DNA of 64,000 nucleotides, from assembly GCA_963801935.1 (NCBI GenBank), contig CAWDHA010000035.1:8852-72851 (forward strand), read 5' to 3'. Each line of letters opens with the position of its first letter. The stretch's first letter is position 1. Source of the DNA: an uncultured delta proteobacterium (GTDB taxonomy: Bacteria; Desulfobacterota; Binatia; UBA9968). The notes under the pieces are model-generated. The model was not told the origin of the DNA. It searched no databases and worked only from the letters and a program-made list of their open reading frames with translations. Both the position numbers and the translations under genes were made by a program. This document shows, piece by piece, positions 39,853 through 49,549 of the stretch.

Positions 39853-40060
39853 TAGCCGCATTATTCATGGCATCACGCCCGAGGAGCAAGCCTCTCCGAG
39901 CGCGGCCAATAGGGTACTACCTTGAGGAGACCTCTTGAAATTTCGAAATTCGAATTTCGCAATTCGAAATGTGATAGTCTGTGTCCGCTCTCTACGAGGC
40001 TCACTCCTCGGACTTACACTCTGCCGCGCATTTCCCACGCGCCATGAATAATGCGGGATA
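39853..40060. mobile_element. MITE-1, copy A (208 bp, TA-flanked, 16-bp perfect TIR)
   Basis: TA|GCCGCATTATTCATGGC ... GCCATGAATAATGCGGGA|TA. It has an AT-rich palindromic core (gaaatttcgaaattcgaatttcgcaattcgaaat). It is a reverse-orientation homolog of 44781-44981. Confidence 0.75.
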
Positions 40061-40222
40061 GCAGCCCGTGGTGAAAGTCTGACTGCATTCGACTTGTGAT
40101 CGATCCCCGTTGGCTGCGTTGCTCCTCCCCTCAAATATTCCGCGATATTCTCGGTCGTCGCGCCTTGCCATCAGGGCGCCTCGCCCATCTCGGTGCGACG
40201 CCACACTTTCACCACGGGCCGC
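40061..40222. mobile_element. MITE-2, copy A (162 bp, TA-flanked), abutting MITE-1
   Basis: TA|GCAGCCCGTGGTGAAAGT ... ACTTTCACCACGGGCCGC|TA. It is near-identical in direct orientation to 49550-49710. Its last base (C 40222) plus the right flanking TA (40223-40224) read as the TAG stop of the adjacent binding-protein gene on the minus strand. Confidence 0.75.
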
Positions 40223-40839
40223 TAAGGGGCGAACAACTGGCGAAAAGCGCTTTGCAGCTTCTGTAGCTGCTCGGCGCTGGGATCTTCCAGCAAACGGATA
40301 TCGGCGATGATTTTGTCAGCGTCCTTGATCGGCGGGAAAACGCCGGGCGATAACACAAACTCGTTAAACTCGCTAACCTTCTTTTGTCCTTCTGGCGAGC
40401 AGAGATAATCGATCAGAAATTTTGCCGCGTTCGGGTTGGCGGCTTTGGCGCTCAGGCCGGCGTCGCTGGGATCGGCAAAGACCTGATTGATAGATGCAAA
40501 ACTGATGGGGCCTTTGGTTTGGCCAACGTACTGAATGTAACTGATGCCGAGCGCTGCCTCGCCGCGGACAATGGCCGTCGGCACTGAAGAGTAAGCCTCC
40601 ACGAACAAGGGTCGCTGCTTGGCCAGGGCGCGCACAAAATCGAGCCATTTGTCGCCTTTGATTTGCTGCAAGTTCCATAGATAGCTAGCCGTGCTCGCGT
40701 GGCGCGATGGATCGGGCATGCTGATCTTGCCTGTCCACTTGGGATCGAGCAGATCGTCGAGCGACTTGGGCACCTCGGCGGGCTTCACCAGCTCGGTGTT
40801 GTAGAGAAGACCCACCGGGGTAATGCGCCAGGCGGTCAA
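40222..40839 (-). CDS. ABC substrate-binding protein paralog 2, C-terminal fragment (gene split by a frameshift near 40840-40860; full span 40222..41225)
   Basis: It aligns by eye with the paralog 1 C-terminus (LLYNTELVKPAEVPKSLDDLLDPKWTGKISMPDPSRH versus IIYNTDMVKPAELPKSYDDLLQPKWTNKISMPDPTRH). Confidence 0.75.
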   Translation of the reverse strand: MTAWRITPVGLLYNTELVKPAEVPKSLDDLLDPKWTGKISMPDPSRHASTASYLWNLQQIKGDKWLDFVRALAKQRPLFVEAYSSVPTAIVRGEAALGISYIQYVGQTKGPISFASINQVFADPSDAGLSAKAANPNAAKFLIDYLCSPEGQKKVSEFNEFVLSPGVFPPIKDADKIIADIRLLEDPSAEQLQKLQSAFRQLFAP

Positions 40840-41225
40840 ATGGCCGTCCTTATCCTTGAACTTGGCGGGAAAACGGCCGCGCTGGCGGGCGTAAACTTGG
40901 CATAGACGCCGTCAGCCTTTGCCAGAGTGAGCGGTCCGCGGGCGCCGATGACCATATCGAAGCCCGGTTTACCGGCGCGCCATTCGGTGAGCACGCGGTC
41001 GATGAGCTTGGTCGCATCACCGCGCCAGTATTCGATGTCGATGCCATATTTCGCCTCGAAGCCTTTCTCAATCTGGCTCATCACCTGCGGGATAATGGTG
41101 CCGTAGACAAAAACTTTGCCTTCCTTCTTGGCCGCTTCCAAGCTCACCGCTTGCGCCCAGGCCTCAACCGAAGCGCTCGCCAATAGCATGAAAACGAGCT
41201 TAACCAGCGCTTGAGAAGGACCCAT
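40836..41225 (-). CDS. ABC substrate-binding protein paralog 2, N-terminal fragment
   Basis: Signal peptide plus EGKVFVYGTIIPQVMSQIEKGFEAKYGIDIEYWRGDA, parallel to paralog 1. Confidence 0.75.
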   Translation of the reverse strand: MGPSQALVKLVFMLLASASVEAWAQAVSLEAAKKEGKVFVYGTIIPQVMSQIEKGFEAKYGIDIEYWRGDATKLIDRVLTEWRAGKPGFDMVIGARGPLTLAKADGVYAKFTPASAAVFPPSSRIRTAI

Positions 41226-41293
41226 CGAGTTACTCCTTCGTAGACCTAGTTCAGTTATTACAATTGCTTGCTAGCAATAAACGAAGTCGTTTC

Positions 41294-42274
41294 TTACACA
41301 AGGCCGCGGCCCATTTCGATGACGCGGCGGCGTGCCTCCTGGGTTCCGGTGGGCAACAGAATGGGCAAATTGAGGCCGCCGTCAATGAACGACGCCAACT
41401 GCTCGCGGCACTCGGCCGGCGTGCCCGCAACGGAGTGAGCGAGCACGACCTCATCGCTGATTAACTTCTTCGCCGCCTCCCAGTCGCGCTTCTTAACCGC
41501 CGCAGCGAGCCCCTCTTGATCCACCGTGCCGCCGCCGAGTCTGATATTCTCGGCGTGGTGCAGGTTGCGAAATATGTAGGCGAGAAACAATTTGTTCGCT
41601 TCCATCGCCGCGCGCTTATCCGGCGCAACCGAGGCGGTGACGAAGCCGGCGATATCGCAGTGCGCCATCCCCTTGCCGGCTTTTGCCGCGCCCTGTTTGA
41701 TCTCGCCGACGCACTCGGCGATATAACCCGGCGAGCAGCCACCGGACAGCAGCACGCCATCGCCAATGGCGCCCCCGAGGCGCAACATCTGCGGCCGCAC
41801 CGCCGTCAGATACATAGGAACCGTTGCTTGAGGAGTGAAACCCATCTTGGCGCCGTTGATATGAAACATCTCACCCTCGAAATTGACCGTCTGGCCGCTT
41901 AGATAAGCGCGCAAGATGGCGACGTACTCGCGCATGGTCTTCAGCGGGTGCGGTGACTCGATCCCGGCTTCCTTTAAAGCTGCGGCGTTGCCTGTCCCCG
42001 GACTGGCAATCACCCGGCCAGGGGCGTACTCCTCCATGGTCGCAATCGCCATCGCGGTGATTATCGGGTTGCGCGAATAAGGGCTCATGGGTGCGGCCGC
42101 GACCTTGATCTTTTTGGTTGAGCCGAGGAGCGCCATCGAGGTGACCAGCGAATCGCGAAAGCACAGATGGTCCGACATCCAGAGTGAATCCAGCCCGGCG
42201 CCGTCCGCCAATTGAGCCAACTCGATCATTTCCTGGATCGAATAAAAGCCATCGAAGCAAAGTCCGACACGCAT
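41294..42274 (-). CDS. LLM-class (luciferase-like) flavin/F420-dependent oxidoreductase
   Basis: MRVGLCFDG...LAQLADGAGLDSLWMSDHL is the typical luciferase-like monooxygenase N-terminus. 326 aa. Confidence 0.7.
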   Translation of the reverse strand: MRVGLCFDGFYSIQEMIELAQLADGAGLDSLWMSDHLCFRDSLVTSMALLGSTKKIKVAAAPMSPYSRNPIITAMAIATMEEYAPGRVIASPGTGNAAALKEAGIESPHPLKTMREYVAILRAYLSGQTVNFEGEMFHINGAKMGFTPQATVPMYLTAVRPQMLRLGGAIGDGVLLSGGCSPGYIAECVGEIKQGAAKAGKGMAHCDIAGFVTASVAPDKRAAMEANKLFLAYIFRNLHHAENIRLGGGTVDQEGLAAAVKKRDWEAAKKLISDEVVLAHSVAGTPAECREQLASFIDGGLNLPILLPTGTQEARRRVIEMGRGLV

Positions 42275-42350
42275 GCTAGTCCTCGCTATCAGTCATTTCG
42301 CACTGCCGACCGGCTGCATTCAAACAACCTGAGCTGGCTCTTTGCGCCGC

Positions 42351-43502
42351 CTACGAAGAGTCTGCGGCAAGCCCAAAGCCGTTGTCCAAAATGTCTTGTA
42401 ATTGTTTGGGTTCTATCTCGCTCAGTCCCATTTTATCTAAGGTTAGGCCGGCGCTCAGAAAGTCAATGCCGAGCGCTGTCGAGGCCAGGGTGATCAACGC
42501 ATCGATGACCGGAGTCTTGACCCCGAACAGGCGACCGATCTCGGCCATCGGCACTAAGCCAAAGCCGACATCTTCTTTGATATAGCGGTGATCCAAGGAC
42601 GGCGGCGACTTAATGGAACGGTTCGGCTCACTCTCATGAATCGCCCGGTAAACCGACCCGCTGGCGCGGGCGTCGTCGGAGGTAAGGCCCGAACGGTGGA
42701 AAATATCGACGAAGCGCAGCGGCTTGAGGTTGAGACACCGGACGATCTCCAACCTTTCCCGATCCAGCGCTTCGATCCATGCGGCGATCGCAGGGGTGAT
42801 ACCTTCACGATAATAGAGAAAGTCGCCGGCGGTTTTTTCAATCCAGCCGGCGTTGCCGATGATGCCCGCCGGATGCATGATCGCGTTGATATTCGAGAAA
42901 CCCGTGGCCATAACGTTTGCCGCGGCGACGATGTTGGGAAAGACCGCGCTGACAGCACCGACCAGCTCCGCTGTATGCTTCGCCGGAAACGCAGCGGAAC
43001 TGAGATCGGTTGTGCGCCGGTAAATTTCCACCCGGGCAGGTTCAGGCATGCGGCAAATATAGGTCAACGTGACCGTCTCGCAAAGCTTGAAATCGACTGC
43101 GCAACCGAAGGAGCGCAACAGATGCGCGAAGTGCAGCGAGCCGCCGGTGTGTCCCGGATTTAAAAGAATGATCTGGCCATCGCGCAAGTGAGGCGCGACG
43201 CTTTTGGCGAGGTACTCGTGGGCAAGCGCGGGCGCGGCGACCACAATCAAGTCGGCGCCGTTGACGACCGGTATGATCAACGGGCTGGCGAAGTAAATCC
43301 CGGCGAAACGCTCAGCGCCCCCTTCGACGAGCGTGATCCCGCCGCGCTTCATGATCGGCAGCAAGGTTCTGTCCGAGCGCGAAAATAGCCGCACCTCAAA
43401 GCCACGCAAGGTTAAATCGGCCGCCGCCGCCGAGCCGCCGTTGCCGGCGCCGAGAACTGCGATCTTTTTTATTGCCACAGCCAATCGCTCAGCACGCGTC
43501 AA
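42351..43502 (-). CDS. NAD(P)-dependent octopine/nopaline (opine) dehydrogenase family protein
   Basis: Rossmann N-terminus KIAVLGAGNGGSAAAADLTLRGFEVRLF. The length and C-terminal helical domain are typical of the family. Confidence 0.65.
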   Translation of the reverse strand: MTRAERLAVAIKKIAVLGAGNGGSAAAADLTLRGFEVRLFSRSDRTLLPIMKRGGITLVEGGAERFAGIYFASPLIIPVVNGADLIVVAAPALAHEYLAKSVAPHLRDGQIILLNPGHTGGSLHFAHLLRSFGCAVDFKLCETVTLTYICRMPEPARVEIYRRTTDLSSAAFPAKHTAELVGAVSAVFPNIVAAANVMATGFSNINAIMHPAGIIGNAGWIEKTAGDFLYYREGITPAIAAWIEALDRERLEIVRCLNLKPLRFVDIFHRSGLTSDDARASGSVYRAIHESEPNRSIKSPPSLDHRYIKEDVGFGLVPMAEIGRLFGVKTPVIDALITLASTALGIDFLSAGLTLDKMGLSEIEPKQLQDILDNGFGLAADSS

Positions 43503-43512
43503 CTAGATCAAG

Positions 43513-43597
43513 TAGTTCAAGACGTTCAAATCGTTCAAGCCGTTGTCCGCTCCGAAACTCGTTTTGAACGATTTGAACGGTTTGAACGTTTTGAACT
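43513..43597. repeat. TTGAAC-repeat hairpin element, copy 2
   Basis: CGTTCAAATCGTTCAA (43523-43538) pairs perfectly with TTGAACGATTTGAACG (43564-43579). Both arms are tandem 9-mers of NNGTTCAAN. Confidence 0.65.
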
Positions 43598-43607
43598 CTT
43601 TCTTTTT

Positions 43608-44763
43608 CTAATCGATCCGGTAGTGCTTTAGCTTGTCTTCGTCGAGCTCAACCCCTAGACCCGGCTTGGCTGAGACCATTACGTCGCCGTCGCGATACTC
43701 GAACGGCTCCGTGATGATGTCATCGGAGTAATAGATGCCGGCAATGCCGCCGGGCGCTTTTTCTTTCGGAGTCGAAACCGGCACGACAGAACCGTAGGTC
43801 ACCACAGCGGTTGACGCGGCGAGGTGAATGTTGGCCGCATTACCGACTCCGGTCTCAACTGAACCGTTGACATTGCAGGCTAATCCCGCCGCTTGCGCAA
43901 CGGCTGCAACTTGTTTGGCTTTGAACAGGCCGCCGGGCTTGGTCGTATAGAGTGAAATCATGTCCGCGGCGTTTTTTTGCGCGATCTCTAACACGTCGCG
44001 CGCGCTCCAAGCGGACTCATCGGCCATCACCGGCGTATTCACCCGGCGCGTAACCTCGGCCATGCGATCGATGCCTTCCACCGGTTGTTCCATATAGAGG
44101 AGATTATATTCGGCCATGGCATTAGTGACTTGCACGGCAAGCTTTACTGAGTGATACCCTTGGTTGGCATCGACGCAAATCTTTATATCGGCGCCGACGG
44201 CGGCACGAACGCGCTCGACAAGCTCGAGATCGCGCCGCGGCTCGACGCCGCCTTTAAGCTTGATCGTCTTCACGCCTTCGGCGGTCGCTTGCCGCGCTTC
44301 TTCGACGGCTTTGTCGATCTCCATCAAACCGAGACTATGGGCGATGGCGATGCGCTCGCGAAACAGACCGCCCAGCAACTGATACACCGGCAGGTTCAAT
44401 GCCTTGCCGGCGACGTCATATAACGCCGCATCGACGGCCGCCTTACAGTAAGGATAACCTTTCACGGCTTTGTCCATGAGCGCGTGCGCGGCTTCAAAGC
44501 GCATCGGGTCCTGGTCCCTCAACGCCTGGCGCCAAGATATCGTTGATCATGTGCACCGTGGTCTGGGGCGTCTCGCCGAAGTATCTGCCGTAATCGCCGC
44601 CCCAGTCTTTGAGCACCGGCGCTTCACCCCACCCGACCAGCCCCTGATCCGTATGCAGTTTGAGGATGACATAGACGCCGATCGGCGTCGTCAAACTGGC
44701 CCACTGATGCATGCGCCGCGTCGGCAAGCGGATCGGAATAGTTTCGATGTTGGTAATCTTCAT
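43608..44763 (-). CDS. enolase-superfamily enzyme (mandelate racemase / muconate lactonizing enzyme family; apparent frameshift near 44500-44522)
   Basis: N-terminal fragment: MKITNIETIPIRLPTRR...GLVGWGEA. Main ORF: metal-ligand blocks KLKGG, VDANQGY, MEQPV and MADES. Confidence 0.8.
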
Positions 44764-44780
44764 TTTGAGCCAGGGAACTA

Positions 44781-44981
44781 TCCCGCATTATTCATGGCAG
44801 CTCGGAAAACTCCAGCACAGTGTAAGGCCGAGGAGTAAGTCTCATAGAGAGCGGGCACAGAACTTTCACATTTCGAATTGCGAAATTCGAATTTCGAAAT
44901 TTCAAAGGTCTCCTCAAGGTACAGGCCCATTGGCCGACCGGAGAGACTTTCTCTCGGCGGTAGTCTCATGATAATGCGGGC
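44781..44981. mobile_element. MITE-1, copy B (201 bp, TA-flanked)
   Basis: TA|TCCCGCATTATTCATGGC ... TCATGATAATGCGGGC|TA. It is roughly 85% identical by eye to the reverse complement of copy A. It begins 18 nt upstream of the enolase-family start codon. Confidence 0.75.
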
Positions 44982-45070
44982 TATTGCCTCATCTTATTTT
45001 TTCGCGAGTGAGCGAGCGCGCATCTCTTAACCCTCTCCCGTCTCGGGAGAGGAAAGGGTGAGGGCCAATC

Positions 45071-46183
45071 TCAGCCAACCCTCAGCAGCTGATCGGTCGG
45101 TGTCACGTCAGAAAGGAGTTCGCAACCTGATTGCGATACCGCGAACATGTCCTTATTCTGCATGCCGAAGCGTCCGGGAATATAAACCAGCGGCTCGAAG
45201 GCGCCGACCATGCCGGCTTCAACGATCGCGTTGCCGTAACGGCCCATGTACGGCTCTTCATGGAGATTGAGGCCAATGCCATGGGCGACGAAGCTGATCG
45301 GCTCCAAGCCGAGCTCCTTGAACTTATCGAGAAACTTGCGATAGATCTCGGCACAGCTCGCGCCCGGTTTAATCAGATCCATCACGAGATGCTTGCACTG
45401 GATCAAGTTTGACCAGATTTTTTCCTGTTCCGCGGTCGGCTCACCCACGACCGCGGTGCGGCAGACGCCGGCCAGATAACCGTCTTTCTGGCCGAATATC
45501 TCCATGCGGATAATGTCGCCGTATTCGAGCTTGCGCTCGGTTGGCCCGACATTAGGAAACTGGCTGCGCTCGCCAGAGGCGATGATCATGAGCTTGTAGC
45601 TTTGGGCGCCGCCGCCGAATAACGAACTCAGCAAGGCGCCGGCAAGCTCCATCTCGCTCATGCCTACGCGCGCGGACCGGAGCGCATCGCCGAGCGCTTT
45701 GTCGGTAAGCTTGCTGAGGGCGCGCAACAAAGCTATTTCAGCCCCGGTCTTGATCAGCCGCGCCTTATTAAAAATCGCATCGGCAGCGATCCAATGAACG
45801 GCGGGCAGTTCTTTTTCGAGCGTCGCAAAATCCCGGGCCGGCAGGAAATCCAATTCGATGGCGATTTTGCCGCGATCTAACTTGAGATCGCTGAGCGCCT
45901 CGGCCAGCTTGTCCATCGGATCATCGGTGAACTCGCGGTAAATCCGGATGTCGGCGATGTCCGCGTGCGCCTTCACCGTGGTTGCTTCCATGTCGATGGC
46001 AACCATGGCAACTCGGCCCTCGGCTGTGACGATGCAAGCCGCATGGCGCCAGCGCATCAGCGCTTGCGACGGCACGACCAAGCCGGAGACGTAAGTTACG
46101 TTCTCAGGGGAAATCGCGATAATCGCATCGAGACTTTCGCCGGCAAGGCGCTCTCGCAAGCCTCTGATGATTTTTTGATCCAT
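45071..46183 (-). CDS. M24-family metallopeptidase (Xaa-Pro aminopeptidase / creatinase-like)
   Basis: Creatinase-like N-domain plus a pita-bread domain (YGDIIRMEIFGQKDGYLAGVCRT, HGIGLNLHEEP, GMVGAFEP). The track ORF starts at 46273. MDQKIIRGL at 46183 is the more likely start. Confidence 0.75.
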   Translation of the reverse strand: MDQKIIRGLRERLAGESLDAIIAISPENVTYVSGLVVPSQALMRWRHAACIVTAEGRVAMVAIDMEATTVKAHADIADIRIYREFTDDPMDKLAEALSDLKLDRGKIAIELDFLPARDFATLEKELPAVHWIAADAIFNKARLIKTGAEIALLRALSKLTDKALGDALRSARVGMSEMELAGALLSSLFGGGAQSYKLMIIASGERSQFPNVGPTERKLEYGDIIRMEIFGQKDGYLAGVCRTAVVGEPTAEQEKIWSNLIQCKHLVMDLIKPGASCAEIYRKFLDKFKELGLEPISFVAHGIGLNLHEEPYMGRYGNAIVEAGMVGAFEPLVYIPGRFGMQNKDMFAVSQSGCELLSDVTPTDQLLRVG

Positions 46184-46315
46184 TAACTGCGGGTCGTTTC
46201 TATCAACAATTACGCTCAACGCGCGGCAAAGCGCAACCGGCGGCACTCGATAAAAAACGCGCCGACACTTCACCCGGTCGGGCTATCTCTGCGCCGCGTA
46301 TCACAGGTGGTCGGG

Positions 46316-46855
46316 TCACGGCGATGCTTCTTGCTTTCGCATCACGAACTCGATCGGCGCGCCGCCCTTGTCATCCTGCATACGAAAGCTAATCTCGGCG
46401 CCGGAAAGTTTCCCCCGGTAACGGTTCAGCCGATTGCTGCCGCTGTCGCCTGATACCTCCTGATAACGAACGCCGAAGGACAAGCCATCGCCGTCGACCT
46501 TGCCGTCTTCGATGCCGCGTTTATGTCCAAGAAACGATGCGGTGCCGAAGAGCCGGGGCGGTTCAGGTTCGAAGAAAAATTGCTCGTGGTACTTTGCCCC
46601 CCAGCTATACGTGACCTCCCCTTGCCAAACGCCGGACAGCGATCGAGCCAGTTTGCTGATCTCTGGGGTTACGGCCTCGGACCGGGGCTCTGCCAATTTT
46701 TCCTGGCGCAACTGCCACCACACGGCGAAACTCATGAGCAGAATGATTAGCGGCACTTTCCACCATAGCCGTTTCAACAAGCGCTCACGGCGCTCGCGAA
46801 ACGCCGCCTGCTGCGCTGTCTCCGGTTTCTTCCGGAGAGCCGGAAGCTCTGCCAA
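46316..46855 (-). CDS. hypothetical membrane-anchored protein
   Basis: 179-aa ORF with one TM segment (WWKVPLIILLMSFAVWW). I recognise no motif. Confidence 0.45.
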   Translation of the reverse strand: MAELPALRKKPETAQQAAFRERRERLLKRLWWKVPLIILLMSFAVWWQLRQEKLAEPRSEAVTPEISKLARSLSGVWQGEVTYSWGAKYHEQFFFEPEPPRLFGTASFLGHKRGIEDGKVDGDGLSFGVRYQEVSGDSGSNRLNRYRGKLSGAEISFRMQDDKGGAPIEFVMRKQEASP

Positions 46856-46909
46856 CGCCTTGATTCCTTTCCTTTAACAGTTTCGGGTTCGGCTTGCCGA
46901 TGAATGCAG

Positions 46910-47878
46910 TCAGCGCCCCAGGCGATCCATGGTGGCGACGTAGTCGCGCACGCCGTCTTCGACCGAGTAGGCCGGCTCGTAGCCGATGTGGCGCTCGGCC
47001 GCGGCGATGTCGAAGATACAGTAACTCTGTTTGCTCCGGCCGAGCTTGCTCGGACCGGGCCCGAGCTCGATCCGATGATTGGGAAACAGTTTCGCCGCCG
47101 CATGCAGAAAATCACGCGGCGTCACCGCCTTGCCTGTGCCGATATTGAAGGTCCAGACGCGCGGCGCCGGCGCTTTGAGCGCCAGATAGATAGACCGGCC
47201 GACGTCGCCGACGTAAACCGCGTCATTTTTTTGATCTCCCCCCTCGGCAATCACCCACTTCACCCCCGCGCGCGCTTTCTCGATCAACTGGCCGTAAAAA
47301 GAAAGCGGGCCGTGGCGCGCTTCTTTGCCGGGACCGTAAATCGACACGAAGCGCAGCGCGATGAACTCGACGTTGTAGGTGTTGCGATAATAGCGCCCCA
47401 GTTCCTCCGAACAGACTTTGATAGAGCCGTATAAGTCCGCGGGAACTTTGCGGTAGTCTTCGCGCACCGGCCGGTAATCCGGCGCTCCCTCGGCGCCATT
47501 GATCTCGCCGTATACCGCTTTGGAGCTGGTGAAGACCACGCGCTTGATATTTTTCGCGCGCGCGACTTCCAAAATATTGATGGTTCCTTCGGCGCCGACG
47601 CGGATGCCAAGGCGTGGATTGGTCTCCGCCGGCTCGGGCATCAGCGCCGCCAGATGGGCGATACAGTCAATCTGATAATCATCGACCACCTGAGTGAGAA
47701 ACTTGGCATCGCAAACATCGCCGATGACGCAATCGACCTGATCTTTAATGTCCTGCATCAAAATGAAATCCTCGCGGTTGTCGAGCAAGACCGGCCGCAA
47801 GCCGTCGCGCACCATCAAACGTGCGGTTACGGCGCCGTTCACGCCCATGCCGCCGGTAATCAGGACTTTCATGAGCAC
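46910..47878 (-). CDS. NAD-dependent epimerase/dehydratase (extended SDR)
   Basis: MKVLITGGMGVNG (GxxGxxG). The YxxxK context YGSIKVCSE. 322 aa. Confidence 0.8.
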   Translation of the reverse strand: MLMKVLITGGMGVNGAVTARLMVRDGLRPVLLDNREDFILMQDIKDQVDCVIGDVCDAKFLTQVVDDYQIDCIAHLAALMPEPAETNPRLGIRVGAEGTINILEVARAKNIKRVVFTSSKAVYGEINGAEGAPDYRPVREDYRKVPADLYGSIKVCSEELGRYYRNTYNVEFIALRFVSIYGPGKEARHGPLSFYGQLIEKARAGVKWVIAEGGDQKNDAVYVGDVGRSIYLALKAPAPRVWTFNIGTGKAVTPRDFLHAAAKLFPNHRIELGPGPSKLGRSKQSYCIFDIAAAERHIGYEPAYSVEDGVRDYVATMDRLGR

Positions 47879-48138
47879 CCCTCCATCGTTTATGGCCCAA
47901 ACCTATTACAACAGCCGTTGGCGCATCAACCTTTATGTTTGTGTTCACGAGTGTTGACTGGAATTGATCATACGAGTTAAGCCATTTAAGAAGGCTGATA
48001 GGGAAATACTTAGTCTCTGGCAACAAAGTAGCACCTTCCATTATTCCCCCCGTCTTGAGGAAGGATGGAGCTGGGGAAGGAAGAAGACCGGCTCCTTGTC
48101 AAAGACAGCGCGATTAAAAACTTTGAAGGAGAAGAATC

Positions 48139-49500
48139 ATGGGTTCAACAAACAAGTGGCAACCACCGGAATTTGTCACGCGCGAGCAATGCATTAAAGA
48201 TACCGAAGAGGTGCTGGGCATCTCCGATATTCCGATCAAGAGCACGGAGGATATTTTTCGCATCAAGGTACTCGGCCTGGATTGGGACCTCGGCATGGTG
48301 GTGCATGAGCCTGTGGATGCGGCGCGCATACCGAACGGCGCCGACGGCAAGAAAGCCGGTTTCTTTTTGCTGCATGGCGGCTCCAGCGACTTCAAAGGCA
48401 TCGAGCGCCACGCTAAATTGCTCGCCAGCAAATTCGGCTTTCGGGTGGTCGCCGGAACATTTCCGGGCCGGTTCTACTTTCCCGACCCCAGCCGCGACTG
48501 GCCCGGCGATACCATCCATGCCGACGGCACCGTGCGCACGCCGGTCTGGAAGCAAGGAGAGCTGATCACACGGGATCAGTACGACGTGGTCAAAGACACC
48601 TCCATGCGCGACCGTTACGGCACGCGCACTCTGGCGCGCGCAAAGCCCGATACCAATTTCTGCTATCGCATGGCGGCTTGGCCCGCGGCTTTCGAAGAAG
48701 GCATGATCGAGGCCAACCGGCGTCATTTTCCGGAGCAGGAATTCTCCGTCTACGGCCAGGGCCACTCCACCGGCGGGCCGTTTGTCTGCATGCTGTCGCA
48801 GCGCATTCCCAATATGGCCGGTGTCTGCGCCACAGAGCATTCGCCGTTCGGCTACCTTAGCATGGGGCGCGACGAGTGGGGCGGCGATATGGGAAAGATC
48901 ACAGGCTTCGAAAAAATCGAAACCATAGGGAAGGCACGCACCGATCCCTTCAACGAGTTATACATTCGCACGTGGCGCGATCTGGCGCGCTATCAAGGAC
49001 CGGAAGCGCTCGGCCAGGAGGGACCCACCGCGCTCATGCGGCTACCGGCGATCATGGAAGACATCCTTGAAGCATGGGAACGCGCAAAGAATCGGCCGCA
49101 GTTCAAAGCCGAGTATATCGTCACCCATGCCATTAGCGCTTCGCTCGCCGAAGGCGCGCGGGTCAGCGCCGCGCGCTTGAAGATGAACAAAGATGAGACC
49201 GCAGCGTTGATCGAGCGCTTCATCGGCTACACGCGCGAGCTTTCAGGCGCCGGCGTGAAGCCCGTGCCGCCGTTTCTTTTTGAGATCTCGAAAGACAGCC
49301 GCGATCATAGCCCGGAAGTTTACGACCAGGTCATCCTGCCTGGTTTTCGCGCTATGAAGCCCGCGCCCAAAGTCGCCATCACTCGCTTTGGCGCCGGCGT
49401 CCATAGTTTTTGGAAAGCGGAAAAAGACCTACCGGCGGGGATCGTGCCGTCCGTCGTGAAAAGTTGGCGGGAAGCAGTAACGGGCGGATACTTTTCTTGA
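48139..49500 (+). CDS. uncharacterised alpha/beta-hydrolase-like protein
   Basis: 453-aa ORF with GGAG before the ATG. It has an HGG-type oxyanion motif (FLLHGGSSD) and a GxSxG nucleophile elbow (GQGHSTGGP). I recognise no closer family. Confidence 0.5.
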   Translation: MGSTNKWQPPEFVTREQCIKDTEEVLGISDIPIKSTEDIFRIKVLGLDWDLGMVVHEPVDAARIPNGADGKKAGFFLLHGGSSDFKGIERHAKLLASKFGFRVVAGTFPGRFYFPDPSRDWPGDTIHADGTVRTPVWKQGELITRDQYDVVKDTSMRDRYGTRTLARAKPDTNFCYRMAAWPAAFEEGMIEANRRHFPEQEFSVYGQGHSTGGPFVCMLSQRIPNMAGVCATEHSPFGYLSMGRDEWGGDMGKITGFEKIETIGKARTDPFNELYIRTWRDLARYQGPEALGQEGPTALMRLPAIMEDILEAWERAKNRPQFKAEYIVTHAISASLAEGARVSAARLKMNKDETAALIERFIGYTRELSGAGVKPVPPFLFEISKDSRDHSPEVYDQVILPGFRAMKPAPKVAITRFGAGVHSFWKAEKDLPAGIVPSVVKSWREAVTGGYFS

Positions 49501-49549
49501 GGGGCGACAGCGCGCCGCCCCTCAAGATTCAACGAGGATCGATCGTTTA

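Noticed and set aside
39865-40204. ORFs inside the MITEs (39865..40134 and 40001..40204, with look-alikes 44711..44971 and 44470..44838) that give similar peptides (e.g. ...ALFMA..K....CK.EE).
   Set aside because: The peptide similarity simply reflects the repeated DNA. The ORFs cross TIRs and have no RBS. They occur in both orientations relative to neighbouring genes.
47879-48138. Possible riboswitch or sigma70 promoter (TTGACT at 47954) in the leader of the hydrolase gene.
   Set aside because: The -10 candidate is poor. The stem-loops do not match any riboswitch class I can recognise by eye. I kept this only as a side note in the hydrolase finding.
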